This document shows positions 25,604-33,400 of a stretch of DNA of 39,424 nucleotides, one piece after another. The stretch is from positions 1-39,424 of IMG/VR virus record IMGVR_UViG_3300048587_000399. One strand, given 5' to 3'. Position numbers and translations under genes: made by a program. Position 1 is the stretch's first letter; the number at the start of each line of letters is the position of its first letter. The notes under the pieces are model-generated. The model did not search any database, was not told the DNA's origin, and worked only from the letters and a program-made list of their open reading frames with translations. The stretch is from a virus.

Positions 25604-27526
25604 TCAGACCTCCTCGAATCCGATTTCGACATCGCACATGCACCCGGCCGTACCGTCAGCCCCGAGCACACCATCCCCCGGCCACTTCGCACCGTTGGAG
25701 AACACCCCATCGACCGGGACCGTCTCGCCGTCCATCGCCGCGTGCTCGGCGCGCGGGTTGCTGGACGTCACGATCCACGTCTTGGTCGCCTTGCGGACAC
25801 CCGCGACCTGCTGCGCCGCCTCGACCGTGGCGAACCCGGCGATGCCGGCAGCGAGCCCGAGCGCAGCCGCAGCAGCGCGCGAGCCCTCCGCGCGTTCGAA
25901 CACCGCAGCCGCAGCCGCCTCCGGCTCGTCGCCGTCCAGCGCCTCGTCCAGCGCAGCCTTCGTCGCCGCGTTCATCGACCGCGCGTCGTTCGACGCGACC
26001 TCCTGCAGGTACGCCAGCGTCCGGTCGACGTCGTACTCGCCGTCCTCGCCGAGCCCCGCCAGCGCCTTCTCCGCGACCATCGGCGACAGAGCCACCGACA
26101 GCTTGTAGAGCAGTACCGTCAGCTCGCCGTCCCAGCGGTCCTCGGACCACCAGCCGTCAGCCTTCGCGCCGAGCTTGGAGAGCACCGCCGCGCCCTGCCG
26201 CTTGAAGAACGTCCGCAGCTCCCCCTCGATCTTCTGCACCCACGGCACCTCCGGCCGAGCCTTCACGCGCGGCCGTGTGCGCCCGCCTGCCGCGCGAACG
26301 GCCGGAGCCTGGGAGTCCACATCGCTCGGCGACGCCTGCCCGCCCACGAGCACGTTCAGCGGCACCACAAGCTGATCGCCGCCCTCGACCGGGGAGAGGT
26401 TGAACCGAGCCCGAGCCTCATCGCGCGTCAGCCACGGAGCACCGACCGCCGCCTGGATCTGCGACACCTGCTCCTCGAACGACCCGCGCAGCTTCTCAAG
26501 CATGTTGAACTCGACGTACAGGTCGGGGTCGCCGAACTCGGGGAGGAGCTGCAGCCACAGCTCGTCCACGAACTCGGCGAGGATCGGACCGAGCGTGTCC
26601 TGGTACAGCATCTTGTGCTGCTCGGTGATGTTCGAGAACGTCGCGTGGTCGAGGATGCCGACCATCGGTGGCGGGATGAAGTACGCAGCCGCGACCTCCT
26701 CGCGCGTCAGCTTCCGCGACTCGACGTACTGCAGGTCGGCCGCCGACTGCGACGCAGGGACGAACGTCATCCCATCTTCGAGCACCGGCGTGCCGCCGGC
26801 CTCCGTCGCCGTGAACCCCTGGTACTGCCCGCGCCAGCCTGCCTTGAACCGAGCCCGCCCGGTGTCGTCCCACTTCGGAGCGTCCGCCGGCCGCGAGATG
26901 TACCCCGAGTGGCGCGCGCCGTTGCGGAGCACCTGCTCCCGCATTTGCGACGCCGCCCACTCCTCGGACAGAGCGCGCCGCAGCGACTCAATCGGCGACA
27001 GCCCGACGCGCGGGTCCTCGGGGTTGAACCCGCGGAAATACACCGCCTGCTCGGCCGGCACCTCGAACTCGCCATTGGCGCCCTTCACCAGGAAGTGCGA
27101 CGGGGTGAGCCAGTTCGTGTCCTTCGGGTCGATGCCCCACAGCTTCGGCGGGATGCGGTAGAGCACCGCCGCGCCGTCGCGGTACGACTTCACCCACAGA
27201 GCCCGGTCGTAGATGCCGCGGTCGCTGATCGTGTCGCGGATCAGTCGCGTGCCCGTCGTGAACGGGTTCGGCTTCCGCAGCAGCAGCGCGAGCGGGTGGT
27301 CCGTCAGCCGTCGCCGGTCGGCATCGCCGACGCGCGAGAACGTCTGCAGCGACAACTGCGACACGTTGCGCGCGAGGAAGTCGACCACGACCCGCACCTG
27401 CGACTGCTTCGCGTACACCTCCGCGTAGTCGGCCGAGTAGTCCGGGGAGAGCCGCACCGACGTCGGCGCCGAGTACGACGGCCGGTGGATCGCCACCAAC
27501 CGCCCGTCAGATTGCGTGAATGCCAC
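25604..27526 (-). CDS. Portal protein fused to a C-terminal MuF/SPP1 gp7-like head-morphogenesis domain
   Basis: 640 aa. The N-terminal 420 aa or so are portal-like. The C-terminus (NPRAEHAAMDGETVPVDG..WPGDG..GCMCDVE) matches the Phage_Mu_F signature. Confidence 0.8.
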   Translation of the reverse strand: MAFTQSDGRLVAIHRPSYSAPTSVRLSPDYSADYAEVYAKQSQVRVVVDFLARNVSQLSLQTFSRVGDADRRRLTDHPLALLLRKPNPFTTGTRLIRDTISDRGIYDRALWVKSYRDGAAVLYRIPPKLWGIDPKDTNWLTPSHFLVKGANGEFEVPAEQAVYFRGFNPEDPRVGLSPIESLRRALSEEWAASQMREQVLRNGARHSGYISRPADAPKWDDTGRARFKAGWRGQYQGFTATEAGGTPVLEDGMTFVPASQSAADLQYVESRKLTREEVAAAYFIPPPMVGILDHATFSNITEQHKMLYQDTLGPILAEFVDELWLQLLPEFGDPDLYVEFNMLEKLRGSFEEQVSQIQAAVGAPWLTRDEARARFNLSPVEGGDQLVVPLNVLVGGQASPSDVDSQAPAVRAAGGRTRPRVKARPEVPWVQKIEGELRTFFKRQGAAVLSKLGAKADGWWSEDRWDGELTVLLYKLSVALSPMVAEKALAGLGEDGEYDVDRTLAYLQEVASNDARSMNAATKAALDEALDGDEPEAAAAAVFERAEGSRAAAAALGLAAGIAGFATVEAAQQVAGVRKATKTWIVTSSNPRAEHAAMDGETVPVDGVFSNGAKWPGDGVLGADGTAGCMCDVEIGFEEV

Positions 27527-27541
27527 GACTCACCACCTCCC

Positions 27542-27754
27542 CTACAGCGCCTGAACGTACAGCACGCGCGACCGCTCCACGATTGCCTCGCCGTCGAGCG
27601 CCACCGGGAAGTCCACACCCGGCTGCAGCAGCTCCGCCTCCTTGAGCACGAGCAGCGGACCACGATCCCGCCAGAGCAGCCCGCGCAGAGCGGACCCGTC
27701 GTCCAGGTTCACGATCACCCGCCGCAGCAGCGCGACCCGACTCCATGCGCTCAC
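27542..27754 (-). CDS. Small protein between terL and portal (70 aa)
   Basis: Track ORF. GAGAGGAGAG precedes GTG 27754. Confidence 0.5.
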   Translation of the reverse strand: MSAWSRVALLRRVIVNLDDGSALRGLLWRDRGPLLVLKEAELLQPGVDFPVALDGEAIVERSRVLYVQAL

Positions 27755-27766
27755 GGCGCTCTCCTC

Positions 27767-29446
27767 TCACACGACCAGCAGTTCGTGTTCCTCATAGGCC
27801 GACACCGGGATCGGGTCGGGGTTCGACGCCAGCAGCCCGACCGCGCCGATGCACGCCATGAGCGGAGCCGCGTCCTTCGGCGACGACACCCGGTCGATCA
27901 CCAGCGCCTCGCCGAGCTTCTTCGTCGCGGCCGTCGCAGCAGCCAGGTCGATCAGTGGTTGCGGACCATGCGTCATCGTCACAGCCGGCAGCTCCGGATG
28001 CACCGCGAGCGCGAGCCGGTCGTAGAACACCCCGTACCACGCCGCGAGCAGCGAGCCCTCCCACGGCGTCACCGTCAGCCCCGCCTCCGTGAACTCCTTC
28101 ACGAGCGACGACACCGGAGCGCCGCGGGTCTGCATCGTCAGGTACTCGACCGGCACCAGCCGGTCCGGGGACTTGAGCCACGGGACGAGCCAGTCCGTCC
28201 CGGCGCGTTTCGCCACCAGCTCGAACCGGATGCGCCCCTCCTCGTCGTAGTACGCGAGCGCCACATACGACATCGTGCGGTCGTGGGACACGTCCACGCA
28301 GTACGCCACGATCCGGGTCGTGTCGCGCGCGACGCCGCGCCGCTTCCGGTCCGCGACCGTTTGCACCGTCGCCTCCCACGCGCCCGCAGGGAACGGACCC
28401 TGCGCCATGTTGACCACGGTCTGGCAGAGCACCTCCGTGCGGAACACGGGCTCCGGGTCCGTCGCGGCCGCCGACGCGATAGTCGACTCCATGATTGAGT
28501 GCCCGAGCGACGGGTTCGCCTGCGCCCACCCGTCCCGGTCCCACACCGACGCCGTGGGAGGAGCCGACCACTCGAACAGCCCGAGCGAGTTCAGCGCCTC
28601 GACCAGCTCCTCCGGCAGCTCGTCCTCGTCGCCGGCGAACAGGTCGAGCCCGTCGCCGATCCCCTCCTTGCCGTCCGGCCACCCGAGCCCCTGGTGCCCG
28701 AGCGCCCGCAGATAGCGCAGCACCACCGACGTGAAGTCGCCGGCGTTCGACGCACCCCAGATTTGCGCGTGCGCGCGCGCCATTGTCGTTTTCGTCACCG
28801 ACGACCACGCGTCCCAGACCTGGTGCTCCCGCAGCTCATCCAGCAGCACGAGGTCGCCCGACAGCCCGCGAGCACCGCGGCGACTCGCCGCCTTCACCTT
28901 GTACCGGCGACGCGCCCGCAGCTCTAGCGAGAACTTCCCGTTGGTGCGGTTCACCTTCTCGACCTCATCGGCGAGCTCCGGGATGCCCTCCACCATGTCC
29001 ACGGCGTCGGCCCACTGCTCCTCGGCGATGTCGAGCGTCTGCGCCGTGCCGATCACGAGCGGAGCGTCATCCACGAACATTCGCCACAGCGTCAGCACCT
29101 GCATCAGCGTCGACTTGCCGTTCTGGCGCGCGACGAGCAGCACGATGATCCGGAACCGGAACGTGCCGTCCTCGTTCAGTTCGAGCGCATGGATCAGCAG
29201 CCACTTCTGCCACGGGAACAGCTCCACGCCCATGACGTCCTCGGCGAACCGGATCGCCTCGAACCCGCGCGTTGTGGCTTCCTCGACCACGACACCGAAC
29301 GCGTCCCGCACATCGTCCCGCAGCGGCCGCAGCGGGGGAGTCCACAGCCGCGGCTCCTCGCACCCGATCCGCTTCTTCGCGCGCGGAGCCGGACGCCTAC
29401 GCCGACTTCCGGTCGCGCTGCGCGCGGAGGCTTGCGAGCTTGCCAC
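27767..29446 (-). CDS. Terminase large subunit
   Basis: 559 aa. It has PRLWTPPLRPL, FPWQKWLL and VARQNGKST (Walker A). GTG 29446 is preceded by GAAGGAGGAAA. Confidence 0.9.
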   Translation of the reverse strand: MASSQASARSATGSRRRRPAPRAKKRIGCEEPRLWTPPLRPLRDDVRDAFGVVVEEATTRGFEAIRFAEDVMGVELFPWQKWLLIHALELNEDGTFRFRIIVLLVARQNGKSTLMQVLTLWRMFVDDAPLVIGTAQTLDIAEEQWADAVDMVEGIPELADEVEKVNRTNGKFSLELRARRRYKVKAASRRGARGLSGDLVLLDELREHQVWDAWSSVTKTTMARAHAQIWGASNAGDFTSVVLRYLRALGHQGLGWPDGKEGIGDGLDLFAGDEDELPEELVEALNSLGLFEWSAPPTASVWDRDGWAQANPSLGHSIMESTIASAAATDPEPVFRTEVLCQTVVNMAQGPFPAGAWEATVQTVADRKRRGVARDTTRIVAYCVDVSHDRTMSYVALAYYDEEGRIRFELVAKRAGTDWLVPWLKSPDRLVPVEYLTMQTRGAPVSSLVKEFTEAGLTVTPWEGSLLAAWYGVFYDRLALAVHPELPAVTMTHGPQPLIDLAAATAATKKLGEALVIDRVSSPKDAAPLMACIGAVGLLASNPDPIPVSAYEEHELLVV

Positions 29447-30011
29447 CCGTTTCCTCCTTCGCCGACTTCACCGACGCGCGCGCGGCCGGGGTCGCACCCA
29501 GCTCGCGCAGCACCGTCATCAGATGCGGCATCAGGTACATCGCCTTCGTCTCCGCAGTCGGATCCATTGTTCCCGACGCCGCGTCGATCCTCTCCGCCAG
29601 CCGATGACCGGCCGCGACGAGCGCGCCGTCCGCCGGCTTGAGCACCAGCGCCGCGACCGCCGCCTCGTAGGCCTCGACCATCACCGTCGACTTCGCCGTG
29701 CCGACCAGCCGAATCCGGTCCTCCTGCAGCCGCAGCACCCGGTCAATCGCCGACGCCTCGCCCTTCGCCGCCCGAGCCCACGTCCCCGCGATCATCCGGT
29801 CGATCCGGTCGAGCGCGAGCAGCCGAGTCTCCTCCGGGTCCGTCATCACGCCCACGGCGTCGAGCGCCGCCCGGATGTCGACCGCCGCCTCCTCCGCCGA
29901 CTTGAACCCCAGCTCCGACACGATCCGCTCAAGCGGGATGCCCGCCCGCCGGAGCTCGAGCCCGCGTTGTGCGCGAGCCGCCCGTTCGTCGGCGGTCAGC
30001 GTCACCCTCAC
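29397..30011 (-). CDS. Terminase small subunit
   Basis: This is the last 204 codons of track ORF 29397-31016. GTG 30011 overlaps the methyltransferase stop (GTGA). It has an N-terminal HTH-like segment (LRRAGIPLERIVSELGF) and lies upstream of terL. Confidence 0.65.
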   Translation of the reverse strand: MRVTLTADERAARAQRGLELRRAGIPLERIVSELGFKSAEEAAVDIRAALDAVGVMTDPEETRLLALDRIDRMIAGTWARAAKGEASAIDRVLRLQEDRIRLVGTAKSTVMVEAYEAAVAALVLKPADGALVAAGHRLAERIDAASGTMDPTAETKAMYLMPHLMTVLRELGATPAARASVKSAKEETGGKLASLRAQRDRKSA

Positions 30012-32406
30012 GATTCGACCTCGACGGCCGCGAGCGCACCCGGAGCGACATCGCCGACGCGGAGCGCCGCACGCTTCCTGTCGCCCTTCACGTACACGAG
30101 CACCTCCTGGTGGACACGAGTCAGCGTACGCGAGCCCGTGAACGCGCGCGCCGAGCGCATGGCACTGTTCCCCCACCGGGGTCAGCAGCACGGCGTCGTT
30201 GACGAGCCTGAGCCCCGCAGCCTCCGCAGCCTCGCTCATGCACCTCCGCATGTCCATCACATACCCTCGGCGGTCGCGGACCGAGCCGACCACGAACACG
30301 GCGTAGGAGTCCGGCCGCAGCACCCGCGCGACCTCGGCGATGTTCACCCGCATCTGCGCGTCGAATTCCGCCTGCGACAGGTTCGACAGGTCGCGGGGGT
30401 CGTCGGAGTACACCTCAAGGTCGTACGGGGGACAGCCGAACGCGAGGTCGTAGCTCGCCGCGTCCATCTCCGCGAGCCGTTCCGTCGACTCGCCCTCCAC
30501 CCACTCCGGCAGCACGCGCAGCGACACGGACGGGCGGCCGACGAGCGAGCCGCGGAGCCCCACGACCCACAGCAGGTCGCCCTCACGCAGGAACGGGAGC
30601 GCCTTCCCCTCGTAGATCGGGTCGACCACCAGCTCGCCCAGCCGGTTGTCGGCGACCGCCTCGTGGTAGTCGACGCCGGCCTCCACCAGCTCGCACATCT
30701 CGCGCCAGCCCTCCGGCGCGTACCGGTCCAGCCTCTCGGTCGGGTCCGCGCCGACCACGACGCCGAGCACCGGCACGGAGCGTCCGGCGGCCGCGAGCCC
30801 GTGGAGGATGCCGGCGAGAGACATCCCTGATCCGACTGGCACCACGATCCGCTCAACGGCCGCCGGCACGTTCTTGACCTGGCGCGCCGTCCACGACACC
30901 GCCAGCTCCGTCTCCATCCCGAACGGAACCTCCACCGCATCCGGGTTTGACTCCGCCGACCGGCGAGCCCGAGCGATGATGACCGAGTTCCCGCCCGTAG
31001 GCATGCTGCACCACATCGGCGCCCGCCTCCTGCGCCGCGAGCAGCTCCGGCGTCAGCCCGCCGCTCGGCACATGCACCTCCGCGCGCATCCCGAGCGCAG
31101 CCGCGACCTCGGCGACGATATTCACTTGCGGCGACTGCCGCGAGCCCGCCGTCACGAGCACCCGCTTGCCGGCCTTCTTCGCCGCCTCGGCGAGCGCCCA
31201 GCACGACCGCACCTTGCCGCCGCGAGACTTCCCCACGCCGTACAGGTCGTCGCGCTTCACCAGCACCCCGCCGTGCTCCTCCACCGGCGTCAGCGACCGC
31301 GGCGACTTCACCAGCGGCACCTCCGGAGCCCCGGCGACCTCGACCTCCACAGCCCCGTCCTCGTCATGCGCGCCCTCGCCCGGCCGGGGAGGAGCGGAGA
31401 ACGCGAGGTCGAACGACTCATCGGCGAGCGCAGCGAGCCCGCCGGCCGCCACCCACTCCGGCACCGTCCCGCCCGAGCCGGCGACACCCGCGCGCACGGC
31501 CGCGTCGATCACGCGCAACTGCTCCCGGTTCGCCTCGATCTGCTCCGGCCGCAGCTCCACGCCCACATACTCGCGGCCGAGCACCGCGGCGACCACGCCA
31601 CGCACCGAGCCGCCAGCCCACGGGTCGATGATCCGCGCACCCGGAGCGGAGAACCACGAGTACAGCAGCTCCGTCAGCACCGGGTCGAACTCCGACGTGC
31701 CATTGCCGCCCGCGCGCAGCTCGCCCGCATGGTCGCGCAGCACCTCCGCGTCCGTCAGCTTGTGGCCCGCCGCAGCCTCCGCCGCGTTCTTCACGTCGTA
31801 CCAGTTCAGGAACCGCGTCTGCGGCGAGTCGAACACAAGCTGCTCATCCCGCCCATCCGTGGACGACAGCCCGAGCGCAGACCACACCCGCTTACGCGCC
31901 TGCCAGTCCCCACCGCGCGCCGACAGCACCGACAGCGGAGCAGCCCCGAACCGATCCACCAGCCGGTCCAGCCCCGCGCCCGCCGGCTCCGCGAGCAGCG
32001 CCCGCAGGTCCGCGTCCGAATAGCCCGTCCCCACCAGGTCATCCAGACCGCCCAGCAGCTCCGCCAGCAGATCATCGTCATACCCGCCGAGGTCCGCCGT
32101 CCGGTTATCGGCCAGCACGATCCGCGCAGCCACCGCATCGTCCACATCGACCGTCGCCACCTCCACCCGCGACCACCCGAGCGACACCGCCGCATCCAGC
32201 GTGTGATTCCCCGCCAGCACCTCGAACGGCCGACCCGTCAGCGTGCCCTCGTTCACCACGATGGGCTTGTACTGCCCCGTCGCCGCCAGCGACTCAGCAA
32301 TCGCCGACACATCCCCGCGCCGCGGATTCTTGTGGAACCGCGACAACTTCGACACCGACAGCGCACGCACGCGCAACACAGACACACCAGCAGCAGACTC
32401 AGACAT
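30008..32406 (-). CDS. ParB-like domain / DNA methyltransferase with a nested PLP-dependent (ACC-deaminase/D-Cys-desulfhydrase-like) domain; frame broken twice (+1, +1)
   Basis: Frame a (track ORF 30853-32406): KNPRRGDV and AGNHTL (ParB), IIDPWAGGSVRG (motif I), DLAFSAPP, then TPVEE..VLVKRDDL..SRGGKVRS..LVTAGSRQSPQ. Frame b (track ORF 29397-31016): IVVPVGSGMSLAGI and VVDPIYEGKA, then DLAFGCPPY..VLRPDSYAVFVVG. Frame c (own translation): NSAMRSARAF..TRVHQEVLVYVKGD.., with stop at 30010-30008. Confidence 0.7.
30438..30511 (-). repeat. Downstream copy of the duplicated methyltransferase segment (LPEWVEGES..SYDLAF)
   Basis: Exact blocks gaacgcgaggtcg (30438-30450) and ccacccactccggca (30497-30511) recur at 31399-31411 and 31449-31463. 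Confidence 0.85.
31399..31463 (-). repeat. Upstream copy of the duplicated methyltransferase segment (VPEWVAAGG..SFDLAF)
   Basis: See 30438-30511. The copies are 961 and 952 nt apart. Confidence 0.85.
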
Positions 32407-32434
32407 TGGCTCGGCTCTTTCAGGATTGCACCCA

Positions 32435-32471
32435 CCCTCCCCGCGTGATGGGGGAGCCCCACCGGGGAGGG
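32435..32471 (-). promoter_or_regulatory. Hairpin (8-bp stem ccctcccc/ggggaggg, 21-nt loop) 29 nt upstream of the ParB-MTase start
   Basis: Inverted repeat read directly. Confidence 0.35.
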
Positions 32472-32495
32472 ACGATCAGCTCCCGGTGGTTGCTT

Positions 32496-32610
32496 GGGGG
32501 GTGGGTGGGGTGGTGATTGGGTGGCCCTTCCCCTGTGGGTTAGTTCGTTGAGGGGTGGGTGCCGGGGTGGGGTTCGGTGTTGGGGTTGGGTGGGGTGGGG
32601 TCCCCTGGGG
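32496..32610 (+). other. Cluster of G-quadruplex-forming tracts on the plus (template) strand
   Basis: 32496-32521: G6-T-G3-T-G4-N8-G3. 32552-32572: G4-T-G3-TGCC-G4-T-G4. 32582-32600: G4-TT-G3-T-G4-T-G4. A further G4 run lies at 32607-32610. Confidence 0.7.
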
Positions 32611-32743
32611 TGTCGGGTCCGGTGGTGGTTCGGTAGGTTGCCCGTCCCACGGTTGGACCACCGGACCCGAGTGTGATGTCGACGGGTGTTCCGTCGAGGG
32701 GTGGTGGGGTGATGAGGTGGCGGTTGAGGTCGCGGTCGTTCAT
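32540..32743 (-). CDS. Possible small Pro/Thr-rich protein (67 aa)
   Basis: This is the C-terminal part of track ORF 32540-33061. ATG 32743 is preceded by AAGGAGGAGG. The product is low-complexity (PDTPGDPTPPNPNTEPHPGTHP), so coding status is uncertain. Confidence 0.35.
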   Translation of the reverse strand: MNDRDLNRHLITPPPLDGTPVDITLGSGGPTVGRATYRTTTGPDTPGDPTPPNPNTEPHPGTHPSTN

Positions 32744-32949
32744 CACGGGTGGTGCCTCCTCCTTGGTCGTTGGCGTGTGCCGCAGAGTGAGCATGCGACC
32801 ACTTGGTGGATGGTCCCTCCCCCTGGGGCTGTTCCGTAGCCTTGCACGGTGAGGGGTTGCCCTCCCTCCCATGCGATCCCTGCCCGGTGGATGCCGATGA
32901 TGCAGAGCCAGGAGAACCGGGGGTGCCATGCCTTGTTCCGGCGTCTCAC
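32743..32949 (-). CDS. Possible small protein (68 aa)
   Basis: Track ORF. GTG 32949 overlaps the upstream stop (GTGA), and its stop overlaps the next ATG. GC3 is only intermediate. Confidence 0.25.
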   Translation of the reverse strand: MRRRNKAWHPRFSWLCIIGIHRAGIAWEGGQPLTVQGYGTAPGGGTIHQVVACSLCGTRQRPRRRHHP

Positions 32950-33164
32950 AGTAGCTCCCTTCGGGCGGTGATGAGGTTCCTGTCATCGCGTAGTTCGGGG
33001 TGCTCGAGCTGCAGCGTGGCGAGCGCGACCGCAGCGCGAGCGCGAGCCTTCTCTCGAACACTCAGCAGGTCGAGCAGCCCGTCAACGGTGCCATGCCAGG
33101 TCGCGCCGTGGATGGGCTCGTTCTTCGCCACTGTCCCGACCTCCCCCATATCGCCGATTTTCAT
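32946..33164 (-). CDS. Possible small protein (61-72 aa, start uncertain)
   Basis: Track ORF 32946-33227. Candidate starts are ATG 33164 and GTG 33131 (8 nt after GGGGAGG). Confidence 0.35.
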   Translation of the reverse strand: MKIGDMGEVGTVAKNEPIHGATWHGTVDGLLDLLSVREKARARAAVALATLQLEHPELRDDRNLITARRELL

Positions 33165-33265
33165 AGGGCTGTACGGCCGTGTACGCCCGTCTGGCGAGAC
33201 AACCCCCGGTAAGGAACAACCATCCACGGCACCCTGAGTTCGGGGTACTGGCGAAACCGCTATCT

Positions 33266-33300
33266 GGCGGCCGCGTGTGAGCCGCTGTGACGCGGCCGCC
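33266..33300 (-). terminator. Perfect 11-bp GC hairpin (ggcggccgcgt / acgcggccgcc, 13-nt loop) downstream of the HNH gene
   Basis: Inverted repeat read directly. Each arm contains GCGGCCGC. It lies 100 nt downstream of the stop at 33401. Confidence 0.5.
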
Positions 33301-33400
33301 GTGTCTGGGCATCACACCTGGGTCGGGTCGCTCAACGCGCCTGTCGGGCGTACAGCCTCGAACAGATCACCCAATGTCGGAGCCGGGCGGTGTTCGAATC

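Noticed and set aside
22882-26205. Very long plus-strand ORFs in the track (for example 22882-26205 at 1107 aa, 25532-28498 at 988 aa, 18310-20832 at 840 aa, 28731-30830 at 699 aa).
   Set aside because: Their translations are Arg/Pro/His/Ser-rich low-complexity strings. They lie antisense to well-supported structural genes (capsid, portal, terminase, tape measure). These are typical shadow ORFs of a high-GC genome.
30011-31016. Treating track ORF 29397-31016 as one 539-aa protein (a PLP-methyltransferase-terminase fusion).
   Set aside because: The stretch AYADSCPPGGARVREGRQEACGAPRRRCRSGCARGRRGRIVR is out-of-frame junk. A third frame gives the genuine methyltransferase C-terminus and a stop at 30008, and terS starts at GTG 30011.
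32494-32839. Plus-strand Gly/Trp/Val-rich ORFs (32494-32676, 32555-32839) as real genes, because the plus strand is G-rich here.
   Set aside because: They have no ribosome-binding sites, their composition is odd (GVGFGVGVGWGG), and they are simply the translation of the G-tract region. The minus-strand mini-ORFs at least have an AAGGAGGAGG site and start-stop coupling, though those too are low confidence.
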